Source of the DNA: Amphiscolops sp. MND2022
Taxonomy: Eukaryota
Assembly (NCBI GenBank): GCA_964187785.1
Contig: OZ076409.1
Location: 74,402,001-74,466,000 of the forward strand
Reading direction: 5' to 3'
Length of the DNA stretch: 64,000 nt
The position numbers and the translations under genes were made by a program. This document shows positions 1 through 11,602 of this stretch, one piece after another. The notes under the pieces were generated by a model. The model saw nothing but the letters and a program-made list of their open reading frames with translations, did no database searches and was not told where the DNA came from. Numbering within the stretch: position 1 is the first letter of the stretch; each line of letters begins with the position of its first letter.

Positions 1-52
1 CCCTTCGACGACGTATGCCAAATGCCCAGTGCCACGCAGTCATTTTCGCTAG
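1..52 (+). mobile_element. Partial monomer U0 (3' end only)
   Basis: End of palindrome (CCCTTCGACGACG), terminal segment identical to the U43 end, CTAG at 49-52. Confidence 0.55.
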
Positions 53-1030
53 GTGGCCGTGTCTTTTCGACGTGCTTTTGCATTGAGGAGTGGGTAGGGC
101 CCCGCGACGACCTAGAAGAATTGGATGCTCACCGAAACGTGCAGAATTCTACGAGATCTCATAGTTTGAGCCATACGATTTTTCTGAAATTTGGCATGTG
201 GCCTGGAATTGGTGAGTAGGTAAAACGTGTAGAAGGTAATTTTTCCCAAATTCCACTGTGAGAGGAGATATGGGCAAATAACGGACCCAAAAATGGGGAA
301 AATGCACTTTTTTCAAGTTTGTCAGCCAATATCTCATTTCCAGGTGCCCGTAGCGTTCCGCACGTGGACGTCAATATTGCTCAGCGCTGTTGGAGGAGTG
401 CGTGGACAAATTTTGGTTCAAATCGGACTTAAACTTGACGAGAAATTAACGGTTTTTTGGGCGTTTCCGGGGTAAATTTTTTAACGGTCCAGCTTATCTT
501 TGCCATTTTTTCGAAAATGTACATGCCTAAAGGCCTCCCCCTGGCCGAATTTACTCCCAGCAAACCCATTTGGCCCTAAATACGGAGTTTCAGCGTTCCA
601 GCATTCCGGGGCGGAAAGTTGTGGGACTTGGAAAAATTTCAAAATTTTTTCAAAAATTTTTTTTCCCGTTTTCCGGGCCCCCAATGAAGGGGAACGACCC
701 CCCAACCAGTATTTTGAGTGAATTCATGTGGAACGCCCATGTTTGGAGGAGAAAAATGCCGTTTAGCACATCTTTTTATCTTAACTTGACATTGACTTAT
801 GACGTTTTGAATGTGATGTTAGGATATATGAAGCATGTTAAAAGTTGAAGTTTTGAGTTTTTATCTCATCGGAAAACCATTGAGATACAAGAAGTTTTGC
901 TAAAAACGATTTTCATTGTAAGTTAGCAGAGTATTAGTACACTTTGATGTCATTTGAGTATTTTTTTCTATATAATAACTGTTTTTATGTATTTATTCCA
1001 ATTTATCTCATCTTTTAACATCAAGCAGTT

Positions 1031-1073
1031 GAGTACATTTCATCTCCCTTTCGGGGGAGATGAGAATGTACTC
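1031..1073 (+). other. Internal bulged hairpin (exemplar; GAGTACATT-type in most units)
   Basis: GAGTACATTTCATCTCCC-TTTCGG-GGGAGATGAGAATGTACTC: inverted repeat with one unpaired base in the 3' arm. Confidence 0.85.
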
Positions 1074-1260
1074 GCTAAAAACCTAATGCTATGGCGCCAA
1101 TGTTTGGATGGGAAGTTTTCTATGCTTTGAAAAAAGTTATTTTTAATTACTTGATTTTTTAAAACAATAATTAACATGAAGTACATTACTTGCTCCTACT
1201 ACTACCACCATACATCTCTAACGTCAACGCCCCCTGCTTGCATCAACGCCCACCGTCCGT

Positions 1261-1280
1261 GGGCATGCCGAGGCATGCCC
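1261..1280. promoter_or_regulatory. Subterminal palindrome GGGCATGCCGAGGCATGCCC, p53-family response-element-like (exemplar; 44 intact copies)
   Basis: Two adjacent decamers GGGCATGCCG/AGGCATGCCC match RRRCWWGYYY x2 at 19/20; binding is not demonstrated. Confidence 0.5.
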
Positions 1281-1330
1281 TTCGACGACGTATGCCAAAT
1301 ACCATATGCCACGCAGTCTTTTCCCGCTAG

Positions 1331-2617
1331 GTGCCGGGATTTCTATTCGTTCGAGTATGTGGCGCGTGTGGGTAGGGCCCCTGGCGCGCTCTTTTATTTC
1401 GGGTACACCTACTCCAAATTCACGATGTGATTTCGACGATCTCGTAAACTAGCCACACGATTTGGCTGAAATTTGGCACACGTACCCCCCTCGGCACGGT
1501 GAAGATGATTCCCTACTGACGTTTTGCTCGCTAAACATTTTTTGTTGACCAAAATAACGGTTTTTGGGGTAAAATTTTCAACTTTTTTTAAATTTCATCT
1601 TATATCTCGCCACGGGTACACGCTAGCGCTTCCACACCTTGCTGACGAAAGTTTGCAAACTGTCTCAGGAATGCTGTGTGAAATTTTCAGCTCAATCGGA
1701 CTTAAACTCGAGGAGATATAGCGTTTTTCCGGAGCGGGGGGGTTTCATTTTTCTAACGGTCCAGCTTATCTTTGCCATTTTTTCAAAAATGCACTCGCCT
1801 AAAGGCCTCCCCTGGCCGGTTTTATTCCCAGCAAAACCATTTGGCCCTAAATACGGAGTTTCAGCGTTCCAGCATTCCTGGGCGAAAAGTTGTGGGACTT
1901 AGAAAATTTCAAAAATTTTCAAAAAAATTTTTTTCCGTTATTTGGGCCCCCAAAGTGGGGGAAAAGACCCCCCAAGCAGTAAAGCAAGTGAATGCATGTG
2001 CAAAGCCCTTGTTTAGAGGAGAAAAATGCCGTTTAGAACGTCTTTTTATCTTGGCTCAACGTTGACTTATGACGTTTTGAAGGTGATGTTTGGAGGTGTA
2101 AAGCTCGTGAATAGTAAACGTTATGAGTATTTATCTGATCTGAAAGCCATTGAGATGCAATATGGTTTGCTCAAAACATAAATCATGGCAGTTTGGCAAT
2201 CAATCAACACCCTTTGTTGTCGTTTGACATACTATTTTGTTGTTATAATAAAAAATTTTGTGTATTTATTCATTTTTTTCTCATCAAATAACTTGAAACA
2301 GTTGAGTACATTCCATCCCCCCCTTCCGGGGGAGATGAGAATGTACTCGCAAAAAGCACCGAACTACGGCCCTTACCTTCCCGAGCTACGCAGTATAAGG
2401 ATTACATATTGGTTCCGACATTTTCATAGAGTTATATCTTGGTAATCTGTCTGGATATGCAGAAAAATCAGCACGTGCCTCTTAATACCAAGTTGCTCAC
2501 AACGACAATTCTTTTATATCAACGCCCCCATCTTTATCAACGCCCCCCGTCCGTGGGCATGCCGAGGCATGCCCTTCGACGACGTGCACCAAGATATGCT
2601 ATAACGCGTTAGCCTAG
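1331..2617 (+). mobile_element. Monomer U2, major family M (1287 bp)
   Basis: Head GTGCCGGG; similar to U30; CTAG|GTG boundaries. Confidence 0.6.
1362..1389 (+). other. Head stem-loop with TAGGG loop (exemplar)
   Basis: GCGCG-TGT-GGG TAGGG CCC-CTGG-CGCGC; an equivalent hairpin with varying arms sits near the start of units from all families examined. Confidence 0.7.
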
Positions 2618-3930
2618 GTGCCGGGATTTCTATTCGATAAAGTATGTGGCGCGTGTGGGTAGGGTCCCTGGCGCGCTCTTGGGTATGGTGTTCACCAGCT
2701 AGGAAATAGGGGTCGATTTTTCGGGATCTCCTAAACTAGCCACACGATTTGGCTGAAATTTGGCACACGTACTCCCCTCGGCATGGTGAAGATGATTCCC
2801 TACTAGCGTTTTGCTCGCAAAATTTTTTTTGTTGTCCAAAATAACGGTTTTTGGGGTAAAATTTTGAATTTTTTTTAAAGTTTATCTTATATCTCGCCAC
2901 GGGTTTACGCTAGCGCTTCAGAACCCTGCTAAAGAAAGCTTGCAAACTGTCTCAGGAATGCGGTGTGAAATTTTCAGCTCAATCGGACTCAAACTCAGGG
3001 AGATATAGCGTTTTTCCGGAGCGGGGGGGTTTCATTTTTCTAACGGTCCAGCTTATCTTTGCCATTTTTTCGAAAATGCACTCGCCTAAAGGCCTCCCCT
3101 GGCCAGTTTTATTCCCAGCAAAACCATTTGGCCCTAAATACGGAGTTTCAGCGTTCCAGCATTCCCGGGCGAAAAGTTGTGGGACTTAGAAAAATTCAAA
3201 AATTTTCAAAAATTTTTTTTTCGGTTTTCCGCCCTCCCCCCCGAGGGGAAAAGACCCCCCAACCAGTAATTTGAGTGAATTCATGTGGAAAGGCCATGTT
3301 TAGACGAAAAAATTGCCGTTTAGAACGTCTTTCTATCTCAACCTGACATTGACTTATGAAGCTTTAAAGGTGATGTTTGGACGTGTGAAGCATGTAAAAA
3401 AAGGAATTTTTTTGATTTTATTTCATCAGAAAGTCATTGAATCACACGCTGTGAAGCCCAGAGCGTGGTTTCTAATAGTTTGGTATCGTTTAAACGCATT
3501 TTGGTGTCTTTTTACTCTGTTTAAAAAACTTTTCTCCTGAAAATTAATAAATTTTGATTACTTTTCTTACTTTCCATTAATTTTTTTTTCTTATATTTTT
3601 ACTTGAAACAGTTGAGTACATTCCATCTCCCTTCCCGGGGGAGATGAGAATGTACTCGCAAAAAGCCGCGAACTACGGCCCATACCTTCCCGAGATACGC
3701 AGTATAAAGATAACATAATGGTCCAGACATTTTAATGGAGTTGTATCTTGGTAATATGTCTGGATTTGCAGAAAAATCAGCACGTGCCATTTTATACCAA
3801 GTTGCTCGCAACGACAATTAATTTAAATCAACGCCCCCCACAAAAATCAACGCCCCCCGTCCGTGGGCATGCCGAGGCATGCCCTTCGACGACGTGCACC
3901 AAAATATGCCCCGAGCGCGTTAGCAGCTAG
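2618..3930 (+). mobile_element. Monomer U3, family M (1313 bp)
   Basis: Head shared with U13/U15/U41; tail related to U33. Confidence 0.6.
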
Positions 3931-5205
3931 GTGCCGGTGTTTTTTTACACAATGGGGGAAGTTGCGCGGTTGGGGAGGGTCCCTGACGCGCTTCCGTGAG
4001 ATCAGGTTTTTCAACTAGTGAAATCGACAAAGAAAATTGGGATCTCGTAAACTAGCCATACGATTTGGCTGAAATTTGGCACACGTACCCCCCTCGGCAC
4101 GGTGAAGATGATTCCCTACTGACGTTTTTCCCGCTAAACATTTTTTGTTGACCAAAATAACGGTTTTTGGGGTAAATTTTTGAACTTTTTTTAAATTTCA
4201 TCTTATATCTCGCCACGAGTACACGCTAGCGCTTCCAAACCTTGCTGACGAAAGTTTGCAAACTGTCTCAGGAATGCTGTGTGAAATTTTCAGCTCAATC
4301 GGACTTAAACTCGAGGAGATATAGCGTTTTTCCGGAGCGGGGGGGTTTTATTTTTCTAACGGTCCAGCTTATCTTTGCCATTTTTTCGAAAATGCACTCG
4401 CCTAAAGGCCTCCCCTGGCCGGTTTTATTCCCAACAAAACCATTTGGCCCTAAATACGGAGTTTCAGCGTTCCAGCATTCCCGGGCGAAAAGTTGTGGGA
4501 CTTAGAAAAGTTCAAAAATTTTCAAAAAAATTTTTTTCCGTTATTTGGGCCCTCAAAGTGGGGGAAAAGACCCCCCAACCAGTAAAGCAAGTGAATGCAT
4601 GTGGAAAGCCCTTGTTTAGACGAGAAAAATGCCGTTTAGAACGTCTTTTTATCTTAACTTGACATTGACTTTTGTCGTTTTGAAGGTGACCGTTAGATAC
4701 GGAAAATTGATGTTTTGAGTATTTATCCCATCTGAAAGCCATTGAGATACAACATGTTTTGCTCAAAACGTGTTTCATTGCAGTTTCGCTGTCCATTATC
4801 ACCCTTTGGTGTCTTTTCACGTAATTTTTGTTTCTATAATAACAATTTTTTTGTGTATTTATTCATTTTTTTCTCATCAAATAACTTGAAACAGTTGAGT
4901 ACATTCCATCTCCCTTCCCGGGGGAGATGAGAATGTACTCGCTAAAGGTCAGGAACTACGGTCTATATCTTCCACAACACAAAAGGGATTGCAAATGGTT
5001 TCAGTTTGTCGCAGAAAACTTCTTTTTGCCCTCTGTGACTCGACAAAATGAACGTTTCTTACTTACTTTGAAACTCAGCATACCACAACTCATCTCTAAC
5101 GTCAGCGCCCCCCTACTTGCATCAACGCCCCCCGTCCGTGGGCATGCCGAGGCATGCCCTTCGACGACGTATACCAAGATATACCTGGAGCGCGGTAGCT
5201 GCTAG
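3931..5205 (+). mobile_element. Monomer U4, family M (1275 bp)
   Basis: Head shared with U8; tail shared with U40. Confidence 0.6.
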
Positions 5206-6492
5206 GTGGCCGGAAATTTTTTTTTCATCAAAATCTTTGCCATTGGGGGAGGGGCCCCGGATGGCCAGTAGTACGGGATAGCTTCCTACCAAATCCAGAT
5301 GGAAAAAACGTGATTTCGGAAACTAGCCGTCAGAATTTGCTCAAATTTTGCATACGGCTTCCTATAACAATCCTAAGAACTAATCCCTACTGGCATTTTG
5401 CCCAAAAAACGCAAAAAGTTGGTCAAAATCTTAGTTTTTTGGTCAAAAAATGGCGTTTTTTCGAAAAATTTTTTTTTCAGAGACAATTACTCGTAACTGG
5501 TTCACCCAGCGCAAAAACGCCTAGCTGATTTATTGTTGGGCACTTCATGAGGAGTGCGTATACAAATTTTCGTCCAGATCGGAAGAAAAATGACTAAGTA
5601 TTAGCCGGAATTCGGACGCATTTTTTCGCAAATTTTTGAAAACCTAGTCTATCTCTGCCGTTTTTTGCCCAGATTGTTTTCCAGGTCCTCTCCTAAAGGC
5701 CTCCCCTGGCCGGTTTACTTCCCAGAAAAACCAATTGGCCCTAAATACGGAGTTTCAGCGTTCTAGCATTCCCGGGCGAAAAGATGTGGGACTTAGAAAA
5801 AATTCAAAATTTTTCAAAAAAAAATTTTTTCGTTTTCCGGCCCCCCAATGAAGGGGAACGACCCCCCAACGAGGATTTTTGGTGAATTCACGTGGAAAGG
5901 CCTTGTTTTGTGGAGCAAATTGCCGTTTAGAGCAACTTTTTATCTTAACTTGACGTTGACCTCTGTCGTTTTGAATTTGATATTAGTATGTGTTGAGCAT
6001 GTGAAAAGTTGATGATTTCAGTTGTTCTCTCGTGTTCAAGCCATTGAGATACAAGCGGTAGTGATCAAAATGTGATTTATCGCAATTTGACGGTGCTTTT
6101 GGTGTATTTTGATTCTTTTAAATAAAAAGTTGTTCTTTATATATTTGGTGTATTGATTCAAATGAACAAGAAACAGTTGAGTACATTTCATCTCCCCCCT
6201 TGTGGGGGAGATGAGGATGTACCCGCTAAATGACACGCACAATGGCCTAATTTTATTTTTATGCGACATTTTCTAGGCTTTTGCGCAAGCCCACTAAAAT
6301 TTAGACTGGTTTCCTTTTCTTTTACTCCAAAATTTTCCGTACTAACCACCTTACGCACCACCAGCTCAACGTAACATCTGTAACGTCAACGCCACACACT
6401 CTCACTAACGCCCACCGTCCGTGGGCATGCCGAGGCATGCCCTTCGACGACGTATGCCAAATAGCGCCACAGGGCGCAAACTTGTCCGCTAG
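5206..6492 (+). mobile_element. Monomer U5, family B (1287 bp)
   Basis: Head GTGGCCGGAAATTTTTTTT; near-identical to U29. Confidence 0.6.
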
Positions 6493-7767
6493 GTGCCGGG
6501 ATTTCTATTCGTTCGAGTATGTGGCGCGTGTGGGTAGGGCCCCTGGCGCGCTCTTGTGTTTGGGGGTTTCCTACTTCTAAATCACGTTCAGATTTCCGGG
6601 ATCTCGTAAACTATCCATACGATTTGGCTGAAATTTGGCACACGTACCCCCCTCGGCACGGTGAAGATGATTCCCTACTGACGTTTTGCCCGCTAAACAT
6701 TTTTTGTTGACCAAAATAACGGTTTTTGGTGGAAAATTTTTGATTTTTTTTAAATTTCATCTTATATCTCGCCACGGGTTTACGCTAGCGCTTCAAAACC
6801 TTGCTGACGAAAGTTTGCAAACTGTCTCAGGAATGCGGTATGAAATTTTCAGCTCAATCGGACATAAACTCGGGGAGATATCGCGTTTTTCCGGAGCGGG
6901 GGGGTTTCATTTTTCTAACGGTCCAGCTTATCTTTGCCATTTTTTCGAAAATGCACTCGCCTAAAGGCCTCCCCTGGCCGGTTTTACTCCCAAAAAAAAC
7001 CATTTGGCCCTAAATACGGAGTTTCAGCGTTCTAGCATTCTCGGGCGAAAAGTTGTGGGACTTAGAAAATTTCAAAAATTTTCAAAAAATTTTTTTTTGT
7101 TATTTGGGCCCCCAAAGTGGGGGAAAGGACCCCCCAACCATTAATTTGAGTGAATGCATGTGCAAAGCCCTTGTATAGAGGAGAAAAATGCCGTTTAGAA
7201 CGTCTTTTTATCTTTACTCAACGTTGACTTATGACGTTTTGAAGGTGACCGTTAGATATGGAAAATTGATGTTTTGAGTATTTATCTCACCTGAAAGCCA
7301 TTGAGATACAACATGTTTTGCTCAAAACGGGTTTCATTGCAGCTTCGCTGTCTATTAACACCCTTTGGTGACTTTTGACATGTTTTTGCTTTTATATGAA
7401 ACCAATTTTTTGTGAATTTTTTTGTTTTTTTTTCATCTAATATCTTGAAACAGTTGAGTACATTCCATCTCCCTTCCCGGGGGAGATGAGAATGTACTCG
7501 CTAAAAGCCAAGAACTACGGCCTATACCTTCCCGAGCTACGCACTACAAATATTGCATATGCATGCAGACCTTTTGATACATTTTTATCTTTGTAGATTG
7601 ACTGGAAAAACCGAAAACTCTGTCCTGATTATACAAAGTTTCCTCACAACGACACATGTTTACCTCAACGCCCCATAGTTCTTATCAACGCCCCCCGTCC
7701 GTGGGCATGCCGAGGCATGCCCTTCGACGACCCGCACCAAAATATGCGTTAGCGCGGTAGCCGCTAG
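6493..7767 (+). mobile_element. Monomer U6, family M (1275 bp)
   Basis: Head shared with U45; tail related to U44. Confidence 0.6.
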
Positions 7768-9040
7768 GTGCCGGGATTTCCATTCGATAAGGAATTCTGC
7801 GCGTGTGGGTAGGGCCCCTGGCGCGCTCCTGTGTTTTCGGTTTTCCTACTCCTAAATAGACCCCCTGAATTCCGGGATCTCCTAAACTATCCATACGATT
7901 TGGCTGAAATTTGGCACACGTACCCCCCTCGGCACGGTGAAGATGATTTCCTACTGACGTTTTTCCCGCTAAACATTTTTTGTTGACCAAAATAACGGTT
8001 TTTGGGGTAAAATTTTGAACTTTTTTTAAATTTCATCTTATATCTCGCCACGGGTACACGCTAGCGCTTCCAAACCTTGCTGACGAAAGTTTGCAAACTG
8101 TCTCAGGAATGCTGTGTGAAATTTTCAGCTCAATCGGACTTAAACTCGAGGAGATATAGCGTTTTCCCGGAGCGGGGGGGTTTCAATTTTCTAACGGTCC
8201 AGCTTATCTTTGCCATTTTTTCGAAAATGCACTCGCCTAAAGGCCTCCCCTGGCCGGTTTTATTCCCAACAAAACCATTTGGCCCTAAATACGGAGTTTC
8301 AGCGTTCCAGCATTCCCGGGCGAAAAGTTGTGGGACTTAGAATTTTTCAAAAATTTTCAAAAAAATTTTTTTCCGTTATTTGGGCCCCCAAAGTGGGGGA
8401 AAGCACCCCCCAACCATTAAAGCAAGTGAATGCATGTGGAAAGCCCTTGTTTAGACAAGAAAAATGGCGTTTAGAACGTCTTTTTATCTTAACTTGACAT
8501 TGACTTTTGTCGTTTTGAAGGTGACCGTTAGATACAGAAAATTGATATTTTGAGTATTTATCCCATCTGAAAGCCATTGAGATACAACATGTTTTGCTCA
8601 AAACGTGTTTCATTGCAGTTCCGCTGTCTATTGACACCCTTTGATGTCTTTTGACGTAATTTTCTTTTCTATAATAACAATTTTTTTGTGTATTTATTCA
8701 TTTTTTTCTCATCAAATAACTTGAAACAGTTGAGTACATTCCATCTCCCTTCCCGGGGGAGATGAGAATGTACTCGCTAAAGGTCAGGAACTACGGTCTA
8801 TATCTTCCACAACACAAAAGCAATTGAAAATTGTTTCAGTTTGTTGCAGAAAACTTTTCTTTTTGCACTCAGTGACTCGGCAAAGTGAACGATTTTGACC
8901 CATATTGAATCTTACTTTACCACAACTCATCTCTAACGTCAACGCCCCCCACACACATCAACGCCCCCCGTCCGTGGGCATGCCGAGGCATGCCCTTCGA
9001 CGACGTATAGCAAAATATATTCGAACGCGGTAGCGGCTAG
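7768..9040 (+). mobile_element. Monomer U7, family M (1273 bp)
   Basis: Head related to U42; tail related to U4/U9. Confidence 0.6.
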
Positions 9041-10329
9041 GTGCCGGTGTCTTTTTACACAATGGGGGAAGTTGCGCGGTTGGGGAGGGTCCCTGACGCG
9101 CTTCCGTGAGATCAGGTTTTTCAACTAGTGAAATCGACAAAGAAAATTGAGATCTCGTAAACTAGCCATACGATTTGGCTGAAATTTGGCACACGTACCC
9201 CCCTCGGCACGGTGAAGATGATTTCCTACTGACGTTTTTCCCGCTAAACATTTTTTGTTGACCAAAATAACGGTTTTTGGGGTAAAATTTTCAACTTTTT
9301 TTAAATTTCATCTTATATCTCGCCACGGGTGCACGCTAGCGCTTCCAAACCTTGCTGACGAAAGTTTGCAAACTGTCTCAGGAATGCTGTGTGAAAATTT
9401 CAGCTCAATCGGACTTAAACGCGAGGAGATATAGCGTTTTTCCGGAGCGGGGGGGTTTCATTTTTCTAACGGTCCAGCTTATCTTTGCCATTTTTTCGAA
9501 AATGCACTCGCCTAAAGGCCTCCCCTGGCCGGTTTTATTCCCAGCAAAACCATTTGGCCCTAAATACGGAGTTTCAGCGTTCCAGCATTCTCGGGCGAAA
9601 AGTTGTGGGACTTAGAAAATTTCAAAAATTTTCAAAATTTTTTTTTCGTTATTTGGGCCCCCAAAGTGGGGGAAAAGACCCCCCAACCAGTAAATCAAGT
9701 GAATGCATGTGGAAAGGCCATGTTTAGAGGAGAAAAATGCCGTTTAGAACGTCTTTTTATCTTGGCTCAACGTTGACTTATGACGTTTTGAAGGTGATGT
9801 TTGGAGGTGTAAAGCAAGTGAATAGTAAACGTTATGAGTATTTATCTGATCTGAAAGCCATTGAGATGCAATATGATTGCTCAAAACGTAATTCATTGCA
9901 GTTTGGCAATCAATCAACACCCTTTGTTGTCGTTTGACATACTTTTTTGTTGTTAAAATAAAAAATTTTGTGTATTTATTCATTTTTTTCTCATCAAATA
10001 ACTTGGAACAGTTGAGTACATTCCATCCCCCCCTTCCGGGGGAGATGAGAATGTACTCGCAAAAAGCACCGAACTACGGCCCTTACCTTCCCGAGCTACG
10101 CAGTATAAGGATTACATATTGGTTCCGACATTTTCATAGAGTTATATCTTGGTAATCTGTCTGGATATGCCGAAAAATCAGCACGTGCCTTTTAATACCA
10201 AGTTGCTCACAACGACAATTATTTTATATCAACGCCCCCATATTTATCAACGCCCCCCGTCCGTGGGCATGCCGAGGCATGCCCTTCGACGACCCGCACC
10301 AAAATATGCGTTAGCGCGGTAGCCGCTAG
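9041..10329 (+). mobile_element. Monomer U8, family M (1289 bp)
   Basis: U4-type head with U2/U31-type tail. Confidence 0.6.
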
Positions 10330-11602
10330 GTGCCGGTGTTTTTTTACACAAAGGGGGATGTTGCGCGTGTGGGGAGGGTCCCTGACGCGCTCCCGGGATT
10401 TCGGATTTTTTAACCTTTACGTACCCATCAAAAATTTTGGGATCTCGAAAACTAGCCGTACGATTTGGCTGAAATTTGGCACACGTACCCCCCTCGGCAC
10501 GGTGAAGATGATTCCCTACTGACGTTTTTCCCGCTAAACATTTTTTGTTGACCAAAATAACGGTTTTTGGGGTAAAATTTTCAACTTTTTTTAAATTTCA
10601 TCTTATATCTCGCCACGGGTACACGCTAGCGCTTCCAAACCTTGCTGACGAAACCTTGCAAACTGTCTCAGCAATGCTGTGTGAAATTTTCAGCTCAATC
10701 GGACTTGAACTCGAGGAGATATAGCGTTTTTCCGGAGCGGGGGGGTTTCATTTTTCTAACGGTCCAGCTTATCTTTGCCATTTTTTCAAAAATGCACTCG
10801 CCTAAAGGCCTCCCCTGGCCGGTTTTATTCCCAGCAAAACCATTTGGCCCTAAATACGGAGTTTCAGCGTTCCAGCATTCCCGGGCGAAAAGTTGTGGGA
10901 CTTGAAAAATTTCAAAAATTTTCAAAAATTTTTTTTCCGTTATTTGGGCCCCCAAAGTGGGGGAAAAGACCCCCCAACCAGTAAAGCAAGTGAATGCATG
11001 TGCAAAGCCCTTGTTTGGACGAGAAAAATGCCGTTTAGAACGTTTTTTTATCGTAACTTGACATTGACTTTTGTCGTTTTGAAGGTGACCGTTAGATACG
11101 GAAAATTGATGTTTTGAGTGTTTATCCCATCTGAAAGCCATTGAGATACAACATGTTTTGCTCAAAACGTGTTTCATTGCAGTTTCGCTGTCCATTAACA
11201 CCCTTTGGTGTCTTTTGACGTAATTTTCTTTTCTATAATAACAATTTCTTTGTGTATTTATTCATTTTTTTCTCATCAAATAACTTGAAACAGTTGAGTA
11301 CATTCCATCTCCCTTCCCGGGGGAGATGAGAATGTACTCGCTAAAGGTCAGGAACTACGGTCTATATCTTCCACAACACAAAAGAGATTGCAAATTGTTT
11401 CAGTTTGTCGCAGAAAACTTCTTTTTGCACTCTGTGACTCGACAAAGTGAACGTTTCTTACTTACTTTGAATCTCACCATACCACAACTCATCTCTAACG
11501 TCAACGCCCCCCACACACATCAACGCCCCCCGTCCGTGGGCATGCCGAGGCATGCCCTTCGACGACGTATAGCAAAATATATTCGAACGCGGTAGCCGCT
11601 AG
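10330..11602 (+). mobile_element. Monomer U9, family M (1273 bp)
   Basis: Head shared with U10/U11; tail of U4/U7 type. Confidence 0.6.

Larger units (their letters stand above)
53..1330 (+). mobile_element. Monomer U1, family A (1278 bp), putative non-autonomous element
   Basis: Head GTGGCCGTGTCTTTTCG; near-identical to U28, U32, U38; bounded by CTAG|GTG. Confidence 0.6.

Noticed and set aside
49..55. Artefactual concatemer of restriction fragments cut at CTAG
   Set aside because: Units contain many internal CTAG sites (AACTAGCC, CGCTAGCG, ACCTAGAA), every junction is followed by GTG, and orientation is uniform.
1031..1073. Integron attC sites / bacterial gene cassette array
   Set aside because: No RYYYAAC...GTTRRRY core, no cassette ORFs, no integrase, and the unit junction lies >200 bp from the hairpin. 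The resemblance is by analogy only.
1243..1330. CRISPR-like appearance: conserved palindromic repeat followed by a ~35 bp variable segment
   Set aside because: Repeats are ~1.3 kb apart, the variable segments are related to one another and recur, and there are no cas genes.
53..1330. Canonical Helitron, TIR transposon (MITE) or LTR/LINE assignment
   Set aside because: No 5' TC or A|T insertion site, no terminal inverted repeats, target-site duplications, LTRs or poly(A) tails. Only the 3' CTAG and hairpins are Helitron-like, so the family is left unassigned.
1753..1935. Kinetoplast minicircle-like organisation (conserved block, bent DNA, ~1 kb)
   Set aside because: I did not see the universal GGGGTTGGTGTA block, and the units are linearly joined at a fixed site.
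3614..3657. Rho-independent terminators
   Set aside because: The hairpins lack a following U-tract and have no upstream gene.
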